Virus record (IMG/VR): IMGVR_UViG_3300021963_000030
Reading direction: 5' to 3' (one strand)
DNA length: 64,000 bases
Origin: a virus
The notes below the pieces were generated by a model that was not told the DNA's origin, searched no databases, and saw nothing but the letters and a program-made list of their open reading frames with translations. A program made the translations under genes and the position numbers. Of the stretch, positions 37,082-45,739 are shown in pieces (position 1 is the first letter of the stretch; every line of letters starts with the position of its first letter).

Positions 37082-37851
37082 AATTAGGATTATTTTACCA
37101 ATCGGGACATAAAATCGAAGCGTGTTATTTTGCGCTAGAACAGTTTAGAAAATTTTATCCATCTGAACCTATAGCTCTGTGGGAAGATAATACTAATATA
37201 TTGGTTCCTGTTTCTAGGAAATTTAACTGTGATTATAAAAAAACAACTATTCCAGGATTAAACACGACGACTTTGGGAAGGCCTGTATATAATTTAGAAA
37301 CATTGTTGTCTTGGTATGATAGAGTTTATGAATCATGTTTGACGACATTGAGTTCCGCAGATTGGGTTATGAATTTTGAAGACGATGTTTGGTTTAAAAA
37401 AAGAATTGAAGGAGAACCACCTTTTGATTTATCTGGAATTCTTGGCAGAGGTTGGCATGACGATTTGTATAATCACCTACAAACGTCTGTTAAAGGGTGT
37501 TTTGGATGTGGCGGGTCTATATTTAACCGATTGAAGTTTATAGAAGCATATAATAAACTAAAAAATGTAGATTGGCAATTGATAGATAATTTAGCTAAAG
37601 ATCCAAAACCGACCGAGTGGACTGATTCTGGTTTAACATTTCTATTTTATTATTCTAAGTTTAGTGTTGGTGGTTGGGTGGAGTTATCGCAATATAGATC
37701 TCAAAAAATACATGCTTTACATGATCTCGACTGTTGGTGGGAATCTATTAATAATAACAATGGATCTGTCATTCATGGGTTCAAACCATACTATTTTCCC
37801 ACTTTAGATCAAACAGATTACGTAAAAACTAATTTACTTCAATATTTATAG
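37078..37851 (+). CDS. Glycosyltransferase-like protein (GT-A)
   Basis: WVMNFEDDVW acidic motif, GCGGSIFN; overlaps the methyltransferase stop. Confidence 0.55.
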   Translation: MKLGLFYQSGHKIEACYFALEQFRKFYPSEPIALWEDNTNILVPVSRKFNCDYKKTTIPGLNTTTLGRPVYNLETLLSWYDRVYESCLTTLSSADWVMNFEDDVWFKKRIEGEPPFDLSGILGRGWHDDLYNHLQTSVKGCFGCGGSIFNRLKFIEAYNKLKNVDWQLIDNLAKDPKPTEWTDSGLTFLFYYSKFSVGGWVELSQYRSQKIHALHDLDCWWESINNNNGSVIHGFKPYYFPTLDQTDYVKTNLLQYL

Positions 37852-37854
37852 TAA

Positions 37855-40440
37855 ATGTCGAATCTGTTAAACATCTATAACGAGAACTTTGGACAACATG
37901 TAGTCACGAATGGTGCTTACATAGCTGTGTCAAACACCAACTCAAAGCCATACTCTTGTGAGGAGGGATTTGCTAGAATTGGCGAAGTGGTAATTTATCA
38001 AAAAAATAGATTTTCTACGAACTATTCTTTTGCAAAGACGTATAGAAACGAAGTCGAGAGTCGAGGCGACATTTTGTCATACTACACAGAACAAAGTGCG
38101 AGTGTCGATTTTACGGCTTCTTTGAGATACGAAAGTGGATCTTACACTGACAACTCATTAGCATGTGACTTTTTGGTATTGGAAGATGGAACGGTAATTT
38201 CTAAACAAACTTCGTTTGGATCTGCATTAGCTATGTGTGATCGATTCTTAGCAATATCAGATATTGCATTTAGTCAAAGCATAGCAAATATTGATCAAAA
38301 TTATGCATCCGTGTATATCTACAAGTTCTTTGACGAAAATATTACGGGATCATGTTCTGTAGAAAATAATGATTTGTTTACTTTGCCAGATCTTCCAATT
38401 TGTGGAATAACAGGTTCAGCCGCTGAAGGATTTGGTAGATCAGTAGCAATTTCTGACAACTTCTTAGCAATAGGATCACCATTCAAAAATTCAAACAGTG
38501 GGTCAGTTGACATTTATTTGTATACTGGATCTGGTTGTGGATATTATTTGTATTATCAAACTATAACTTCTTCAAATAACGCTGATGCGTATTTTGGAAC
38601 ATCTTTGTATATCGATAAATTTGATGAAAACAAATTGGTAATATCATCTGGACCACAAACAGATAGTAAAGTATTTGTTTACTTCAGAGAAGGAGATATA
38701 AAAACTGGAACGTGGGAATTGACTCAAACAATTTCTCAAGATACTTCATCAAAGTGGTTAAGAATAGAAGGAGATCAAGATCTTGAGTGGTTTCCCATCA
38801 GTCAAACGAATACTAGGTATGGTTATTCAGTAGCAGTTGCTAAAAATAATTTGATCGTAGGTGCTCCTAACGATCTTATTTACTACGAGTATAGTAGTTC
38901 ATTGGCACTTACTGGGTCACAACCTTTAAGACAAAGAGGCGCTATTTACTATTACAGTTTGCCTGTGACCGGATCAAAAGAATTTGCACTAGTAGAGAAA
39001 ATCTACGGTGATACAAATACATTCAAAGACAACATGTTTGGATATAGTGTTGATATAAACAACCAATATGTTCTTGCTGGATCTCCAAAACGATATTTTC
39101 CATTTTCTAGTTTGTATTTGTCCGCATCTGTTGATAGATACAATACAAATTTTGAGGTAAATGATTTTGGTGCTAGCACATTTAACGGACAAGCCATGTT
39201 GTATAAGATATCGACTGACGTTTGTCCAGATCAATTGACTTTGAAGATGGCAACAACCACACCTATAGGATACAGAAAGAAGGTGGGTGAGTCTTTCACA
39301 GCGTTTGGTGCATCTGTTGCATTGTCCGAACAAAACTTGGTTATAGGTTCACCAGCACCATTGAATAATGACATGTATTTGGCGGAACCATATGCGGTAG
39401 AACAAAGTGGTAGTGGTGAGTTTAATTGTAATGGTGATGACCCAACTGATGTAGTTTATCTTAGAATGGAAGATGAGATTTGTGATTGTAGTGGATATGA
39501 TTTGAATTCTGCTCAAAGTGGTTCGATTGTGTTTATTGAAGAGACAGATGCAAATGTTGTTGCAAGTTTATATGGTAGAGCTTTTATCTATGATTTTAGT
39601 GATCTACAAACCAATCCAAACGTAGGTAACATATTCTATAGTTACAATAAGTTTGTGGTAAACAACACAGGCAGTATATTTGCGGATATTTTAAAGAACC
39701 CACTACAACCTCTTGATGATTACATTTATGGTGAATATCAAAGTCAAATAACCCTCCATGAAAAACAATATATCTGCACTGTAGAACCAGGCGAGTTCAA
39801 CATCTCTACCAATCCTACAGCTGTTACTTCTTCGTTGGTAGGACCATACTGTGTTATCAACAAAGATACATTTGACTTTAGTAACTTGGATATCATATTG
39901 AGGTATATCAACTATAAATTGACTTCTACACACGTTGAATCTTGGTGGGATGTGTTGGTATCTGGCGATGTTCAAGAAAGTATATTTGGATTCTTCACAT
40001 CATCCGTAGTTGATTACACAGACAATCGATTGACACCAGAGTTGTTATGTGAATTAGGAACCAAAAATTTTGACGTAAATAAAGATGGTATGATCAATTA
40101 TGCAGATGCGTATATGATCTGGAACTACTTTATACAAAATTTGACAATTGAAAATTATCAACAGTATGTTGGTCCTACTTCAAAGAGAAAGAACTATGAC
40201 GATATTATTGCGTTTCTGGATGAACAAACTGGCAAAGGTAATCAGAATACAGTAAAAGCTGAGTTCTTTGATTATAACTTCAGTTCGTCTGTGGACCCAA
40301 CCGGTTCTTATTTGGCACCGTATATTACTGAGGTTGGTTTGTATGCTGGTGCAGATCTTGTAGCGGTTGCTAAGTTAGCAAGTCCTATCAAAAACAACGG
40401 TCAAATTCCAATAAATATTGTTGTTAAATGGGACACATAA
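37855..40440 (+). CDS. Virion protein with FG-GAP-like propeller repeats, a dockerin/EF-hand-like loop and a collar-type C-terminus
   Basis: FGRSVAISDNFLAIGSP, YGYSVAV..LIVGAP, FGYSVDI, FGASVAL; FDVNKDGMINYADA; PYITEVGLY..VAKLASPIK. Confidence 0.75.
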   Translation: MSNLLNIYNENFGQHVVTNGAYIAVSNTNSKPYSCEEGFARIGEVVIYQKNRFSTNYSFAKTYRNEVESRGDILSYYTEQSASVDFTASLRYESGSYTDNSLACDFLVLEDGTVISKQTSFGSALAMCDRFLAISDIAFSQSIANIDQNYASVYIYKFFDENITGSCSVENNDLFTLPDLPICGITGSAAEGFGRSVAISDNFLAIGSPFKNSNSGSVDIYLYTGSGCGYYLYYQTITSSNNADAYFGTSLYIDKFDENKLVISSGPQTDSKVFVYFREGDIKTGTWELTQTISQDTSSKWLRIEGDQDLEWFPISQTNTRYGYSVAVAKNNLIVGAPNDLIYYEYSSSLALTGSQPLRQRGAIYYYSLPVTGSKEFALVEKIYGDTNTFKDNMFGYSVDINNQYVLAGSPKRYFPFSSLYLSASVDRYNTNFEVNDFGASTFNGQAMLYKISTDVCPDQLTLKMATTTPIGYRKKVGESFTAFGASVALSEQNLVIGSPAPLNNDMYLAEPYAVEQSGSGEFNCNGDDPTDVVYLRMEDEICDCSGYDLNSAQSGSIVFIEETDANVVASLYGRAFIYDFSDLQTNPNVGNIFYSYNKFVVNNTGSIFADILKNPLQPLDDYIYGEYQSQITLHEKQYICTVEPGEFNISTNPTAVTSSLVGPYCVINKDTFDFSNLDIILRYINYKLTSTHVESWWDVLVSGDVQESIFGFFTSSVVDYTDNRLTPELLCELGTKNFDVNKDGMINYADAYMIWNYFIQNLTIENYQQYVGPTSKRKNYDDIIAFLDEQTGKGNQNTVKAEFFDYNFSSSVDPTGSYLAPYITEVGLYAGADLVAVAKLASPIKNNGQIPINIVVKWDT

Positions 40441-40469
40441 CCATATTTATTATAAAGCGATAAAAACAT

Positions 40470-40958
40470 ATGGCTACTCTATCAGACAGCAAAATAATTG
40501 ACCGTGAATCATCAAACAAGAGTTTGGCAGACAGATATTTGTCTGGTCAAGCCGCTGGTGGTGCTTATCAACCAGTTCAAAAGAATGTCAAGACACAAGG
40601 TTCAAATGAGTTGTCACTTGGTGGAAGCACAGCTGATAGAGACTGGACTGTTTCCAAGGGGTTCTTGACAAAGGTCACTACTGGAACTGAGAATTTTAAT
40701 AAAAGCGCACTCAATTATAGTGATAATACCAGAAACGGTCCAGTTATTACCACGGGTATAAACAAAATTGCTACTAACTGGAATGGAGGATCTTCAATCA
40801 AAGATACTTTGTATACCGTTGATCCAGGCTTTAGAACTAATACTCCTACTGGTGCTACACAATTCAAGGATGCTATAGGAAATCAATCCAAGCAACTTTC
40901 TATATACTTAAAGGGTTTCAATTCAAACAAATATATTAATGGCGGGTTTACTCGTTAA
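40470..40958 (+). CDS. Hypothetical protein, probably virion-associated
   Basis: Late motif at 40444; weak internal duplication (GFLTKVTTGTENF / GFRTNTPTGATQF). Confidence 0.7.
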   Translation: MATLSDSKIIDRESSNKSLADRYLSGQAAGGAYQPVQKNVKTQGSNELSLGGSTADRDWTVSKGFLTKVTTGTENFNKSALNYSDNTRNGPVITTGINKIATNWNGGSSIKDTLYTVDPGFRTNTPTGATQFKDAIGNQSKQLSIYLKGFNSNKYINGGFTR

Positions 40959-40972
40959 TATATCTATTTGTA

Positions 40973-41485
40973 ATGGTTATATTAGGTTTAGATTCATCAA
41001 CATCGGTTACTGGATGGGCATTTAACGTCGATGGTAAAATCGAACAAGCGGGTTTTATTGACACCAAAAAGTTCGAAACGACTAAAGAAAAAACGTTTCA
41101 TGTAATCTCAGAATTGGAAAAGATTCCACTCATTAAAAAAGTGGACCATATAAATCTTGAAGCAGCCCTCAGTGGTTTTGCTGGCGGATTTACATCACAA
41201 CAAGTTATTATAACTTTGGCACGACACAATGCTGTATTTGCTTATATCATTGAAGAACACTTCAAATGTAAAGTAAATCTTCTATCGGTTACTACAATGC
41301 GTAAACATCTTTTTGGAAAATGTCGTGTCAAGGGTATCAAACCAAAAGAGTTTGTGAAAGAAGAGTTGGAAAAAATGATGCCCACTGTTACTAAGTTTAC
41401 CGTTAAGAATAAAAAAGGAAATTGGGACGAGCGAAATAGCGACATGTATGACGGAATTGTATGCGCCATGTATGTCGAAAAATAA
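40973..41485 (+). CDS. RuvC-like Holliday junction resolvase
   Basis: ILGLDSSTSVTGWA, INLEAA and DMYDGI catalytic acidic residues. Confidence 0.85.
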   Translation: MVILGLDSSTSVTGWAFNVDGKIEQAGFIDTKKFETTKEKTFHVISELEKIPLIKKVDHINLEAALSGFAGGFTSQQVIITLARHNAVFAYIIEEHFKCKVNLLSVTTMRKHLFGKCRVKGIKPKEFVKEELEKMMPTVTKFTVKNKKGNWDERNSDMYDGIVCAMYVEK

Positions 41486-41489
41486 AAAG

Positions 41490-41517
41490 TTGATTCTGCT
41501 AATTCGTCGTGTAGAAT
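41490..41517 (+). promoter_or_regulatory. Sigma70-type promoter for the primase operon
   Basis: TTGATT-16 nt-TAGAAT. Confidence 0.55.
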
Positions 41518-41528
41518 GAGAATGACGT

Positions 41529-42440
41529 ATGGTAGAAACTTCGGTTATAGATACACTTACAAGACTTTTTAAACACAAACCGTCTGTCCAAAAGGGCGGA
41601 ACGGAGTTGATGTTTTTTTGTCCCAATTGTAATCACTATAAAAGGAAGTTGAACGTAAACACAACTACAGGTTATTATCACTGTTGGGTTTGTAATTTTA
41701 GTGGAAAAGGATTCAAGAGTCTTCTTAACAAAATCAAAGCTCCCGCAGAGTATTATGAATCTTTGTGCAAGATCAAGGCTCCTAGATCAATTAAGAGTGA
41801 TGTAAAGAAACTACATCTACCGTGGGAATTCAAACCGTTGTATCTTCACGATCATGATGTGATGTATAAACACGCTTTGAACTATTGTTTGAAACGTGGA
41901 TTGAGTGTGTATGACATAGTTCGTTACAACATAGGTTACTGTCCTTGTGGTCAGTTTAAGAACCGTGTTGTAGTTCCTTCATATTCTGCAACGGGTGAAC
42001 TAAACTTTTTTTGTGGTAGAGATATCTATGAAAGTAAGATGAAATATAGATTGTGTGAATCTACCAAAGATGTAATTGGATTTGAAATGTTCACAGACTT
42101 TAGTAAGCCTGTGACCCTAGTTGAAGGTGTATTTGACGCATTTTCTGTAAAATACAACGTGGTTCCGTTGTTTGGAAAAACCATGTCCAATAAACTCAAG
42201 GCTAAGATGACTACACAAAGGCCTCCTAGAGTAAATGTATTGTTGGACAACGATGCAATCAAGAGTAGTTTGGACATATGTCAATTTTTGGTATACAACG
42301 GCATCGATACACATCTTGTATTATTGGATGGTAAAGATCCAAATGAACTTGGACATAAAAATACTTGGAAAGCCATAGATGCCAGTGTTAAGATCTCCGA
42401 AAGCGATTTATTCAAATTGAAAATTAAACACAAGTTATGA
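41529..42440 (+). CDS. DNA primase
   Basis: CPNC..HCWVC zinc finger; RVVVPSY, LVEGVFDA and LLDND TOPRIM motifs. Confidence 0.9.
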   Translation: MVETSVIDTLTRLFKHKPSVQKGGTELMFFCPNCNHYKRKLNVNTTTGYYHCWVCNFSGKGFKSLLNKIKAPAEYYESLCKIKAPRSIKSDVKKLHLPWEFKPLYLHDHDVMYKHALNYCLKRGLSVYDIVRYNIGYCPCGQFKNRVVVPSYSATGELNFFCGRDIYESKMKYRLCESTKDVIGFEMFTDFSKPVTLVEGVFDAFSVKYNVVPLFGKTMSNKLKAKMTTQRPPRVNVLLDNDAIKSSLDICQFLVYNGIDTHLVLLDGKDPNELGHKNTWKAIDASVKISESDLFKLKIKHKL

Positions 42441-45400
42441 TAGTATTAAAAAACACAGATAGTAAGATCGACAATGTGATTCAGGTGTCTGATATTCATA
42501 TTCGTCTGACAAAGCGCCATGAAGAATATACTTCTGTATTCGAACGTTTTTATACTGTCTTGGACAAAATCAAGAAGAATACAAACTTGGTGTGCGTTAT
42601 CACGGGTGACGTATTTCACAACAAGAGTGATCTAAGTCCCGAGTGTGTCAAAATTGGTAGTGACTTTTTGAAGAACTGTGCGGATCGTGTTCCTACCATC
42701 TTGATTGCTGGTAACCACGATGCTACACTAGCTAATAAAAGCAGACTCGATTGTTTGACTCCGATTGTTGATGCTCTTCAACACCCCAACCTTTATTATC
42801 TCAAGCAAAGCGAAGTGTTTCGTTACGAAAACATTTTGTTCAATCACTTTAGTGTGTTTGATGAATGTGATAAGTATATCAAGTATGATTCTATCCCAGA
42901 TAAGCACAAACTATCAACGGATCATCACGTTGCGTTGTTTCACGGGCCAGTAAATGATGCGGTTACAGATGTTGGTTATACTGTGAGTAACAGAACCATC
43001 GTGAACGATCTGTTTGATGGTCATCATATTGCGATGTTAGGTGATATTCATAAACATCAGATTCTTCAAGAGTATAATGAAGATGAAAACAAGCCTGTGA
43101 TTGTTTATGCTGGATCGATGATTCAACAGAACCATGGTGAGGAACTCAAGGGTCATGGATTCTTGTTGTGGGATCTAAAGCGTAAGTTGTTTAAACACTA
43201 TGAACTTCCCAATGATTATGGTTTCTATACCATTGAAATCAACAAGGGTAAGTTGATCACCGATATTGCGGATATTCCCAAGAAGGCTCGTATCAGAACC
43301 AAGTGTTTTGAATCGATTCCATCACAAGTAAAAGAAGTGATTAATGAGATCAAGGACAAGTGTGAAATTCTTGAGTCAACATTTATTCGTATTGATGAAT
43401 TTGACAATAATACAACTAAGATCAATCAGGTTCTTGATATCCATAACATCTTTAATGTTGATTATCAAAACAAATTGATTGAAGATACGTTGGTGTCTAA
43501 GAAGACCAACAAGACTTTGATTGATAAAGTAAAGGAACTAAACAAGAATATTAATCTTCAAATTCCTAAAGATAAAACTCCAAAGAACATTCGATGGAAG
43601 CCTAAGACTTTTGAGTTTGACAATATGTTCAGTTATGGTGAAAGTAACTACATTGACTTTACCAAACTAAAGGGAACCATTGGTTTGTTTGCTCCTAATG
43701 CTAGTGGTAAATCTAGCATCATGGACGCACTTGCATTTTGTGTATTCGACAAGTTCAGTAAGGGATATAAAGCGGTTCATGTTCTCAACACACAAAAGAT
43801 GAGCTTCAAGTGTAAGTTCAATTTTGAAGTCAGTGGTGTTGATTACTTCATTGAACGTGAAGGTAAAGCCGATAAGAAGGGTGCAGTCAAGGTTGATGTC
43901 AAGTTCTATAAGATCGACAAGGATGGTCAAGAGGTGCCTTTGAATGGTGAAGCACGTAGATCAACCAACGATATTATTAGAGACTATGTTGGAACCTATG
44001 ATGACTTTATCTTGACGGTGTTGAGTATTCAGAACAGTAAGGCTGGGTCATTTATTGATCTTGGTCAGACTGAACGTAAGGATTTGTTGTGTCAATTTAT
44101 GGGTCTTAATATCTTTGATCAACTCTATAATATTGCGAATGAAAACTTCAAAGAGACCAATACATTGTTGAAGAATATCAGTAAAGACCAACTTGAATCG
44201 GATCTTACTAATATCTCTGGTAGTATTGATATTAATTTGACAAACATTGCCACATTCAATTCCGAGTTAAAGACACTAGAGTCCCAGAAAGAAGAACATA
44301 ACAATCACTTACTTCAACTCAGCAAGAATATTGTTAAGTTGGATTCTATTAAGTCTGTCGATATTACCGATCTGGAAAAAGATAAGATTGAACATGGAAA
44401 AAACATTGGTAAGTTCGAATCTTCAATTGCGGATAATAAGACCAAGTTAGAAGAAGTTGAATCTCAAATCACTTCATTGAGTTCGTCATTGAAGTTGTGT
44501 GAGAACATTGAGACTACTTATCAAGAATATAAGACTGTGAAGAAAGAACAAGAAACAAAACAGTCTCAGATTGATCAATTGAAGTTTGTCATAAAGACCA
44601 AGGTTGATAAACTCAAGAAACTTGAAGAACATAAGTATGATCCTAATTGTGAATACTGTGTTAATAACGTATTCGTGAAGGATGCTATTGCAACAAAACA
44701 AGACCTTGAAAATGAAAAGATCAATGCTTCTAACATCATTGCTGAGTTTAACAAAATAAAAGCAAAGGTAGAAGAATTTGGTGATATTGAGACAAGGTAT
44801 CAAAATTGTCAAAGCACCAATAACGATAGAATCAAATTGGAAAAACGTCGTGAAATATTGACCACATCAATTCTGCGTGATGAAAATTATTTGATTACGT
44901 TGAAAAACAAATTAAAGGAGACTATTGATAGTATTGATGCGTTCTATAAGAACAAAGATACTATTGAAAATAATCAGAAATTGTTGAATGAGATTGAAGA
45001 ACACAAGGGTCTGATCAAAGATATTGAATTGGAAATTAAGTCTGTAAATTCCAAGTTGTTTAACATTTCTACTGAGAAAGGTAGATTGGAGTTGCAGTAT
45101 AAGAATACTACTGATCAGTTGAATAAAGTAAAGGAGTTGGAAGATTCCTACGAAGCATACAAACTGTATACGTCAATTATAAGCCGTGACGGTATTCCAT
45201 ATGATGTTATTACCAAGACTTTGCCTGAGATCGAAAAGGAAGTTAACAATATTCTTCATCAAATTGTGGAGTTTAGTGTAACTCTTCAGACTGACGGTAA
45301 GAACATTATGACCAACATTGTTTATGATGACAAACGTTGGCCGCTTGAAATGGCTAGTGGTATGGAGAAGTTCATTAGTGGACTAGCTATCAGAGTCGCT

Positions 45401-45628
45401 TTGATTAATATTAGCAATTTGCCGAGACCCAATATTATATGTATTGATGAAGGTTTTGGTTGTGCTGATAGTGATCACTTGGGTCAAATGGGATCGTTAT
45501 TTACATATTTAAAACACCAATTTGAATTTATCTGGGTTATTAGCCATCTTGATCAAATGAGAGACATGGTTGATCAACAGTTGGAGATAAAGAAAGAAAA
45601 TGGGTATAGCAAGATCGATTTTCGGTGA
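42437..45628 (+). CDS. Fused SbcD/Mre11 nuclease and SbcC/Rad50 ATPase (gp47-gp46-like)
   Basis: SDIH, TGDVFH, AGNHD and GDIH phosphoesterase motifs; NASGKSS Walker A; CEYC zinc hook; ASGME signature; IDEGFG Walker B. Confidence 0.95.
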   Translation: MIVLKNTDSKIDNVIQVSDIHIRLTKRHEEYTSVFERFYTVLDKIKKNTNLVCVITGDVFHNKSDLSPECVKIGSDFLKNCADRVPTILIAGNHDATLANKSRLDCLTPIVDALQHPNLYYLKQSEVFRYENILFNHFSVFDECDKYIKYDSIPDKHKLSTDHHVALFHGPVNDAVTDVGYTVSNRTIVNDLFDGHHIAMLGDIHKHQILQEYNEDENKPVIVYAGSMIQQNHGEELKGHGFLLWDLKRKLFKHYELPNDYGFYTIEINKGKLITDIADIPKKARIRTKCFESIPSQVKEVINEIKDKCEILESTFIRIDEFDNNTTKINQVLDIHNIFNVDYQNKLIEDTLVSKKTNKTLIDKVKELNKNINLQIPKDKTPKNIRWKPKTFEFDNMFSYGESNYIDFTKLKGTIGLFAPNASGKSSIMDALAFCVFDKFSKGYKAVHVLNTQKMSFKCKFNFEVSGVDYFIEREGKADKKGAVKVDVKFYKIDKDGQEVPLNGEARRSTNDIIRDYVGTYDDFILTVLSIQNSKAGSFIDLGQTERKDLLCQFMGLNIFDQLYNIANENFKETNTLLKNISKDQLESDLTNISGSIDINLTNIATFNSELKTLESQKEEHNNHLLQLSKNIVKLDSIKSVDITDLEKDKIEHGKNIGKFESSIADNKTKLEEVESQITSLSSSLKLCENIETTYQEYKTVKKEQETKQSQIDQLKFVIKTKVDKLKKLEEHKYDPNCEYCVNNVFVKDAIATKQDLENEKINASNIIAEFNKIKAKVEEFGDIETRYQNCQSTNNDRIKLEKRREILTTSILRDENYLITLKNKLKETIDSIDAFYKNKDTIENNQKLLNEIEEHKGLIKDIELEIKSVNSKLFNISTEKGRLELQYKNTTDQLNKVKELEDSYEAYKLYTSIISRDGIPYDVITKTLPEIEKEVNNILHQIVEFSVTLQTDGKNIMTNIVYDDKRWPLEMASGMEKFISGLAIRVALINISNLPRPNIICIDEGFGCADSDHLGQMGSLFTYLKHQFEFIWVISHLDQMRDMVDQQLEIKKENGYSKIDFR

Positions 45629-45739
45629 AAAAAGTTAAAAGTGTATATAAATAGTTAGGTGTTCCACTTTTTTGGCAATATTTATAAAGTAAACATAACT
45701 TTTTGTAAAGTTAAGTTGACCCTGAAAGGAATATAAATT

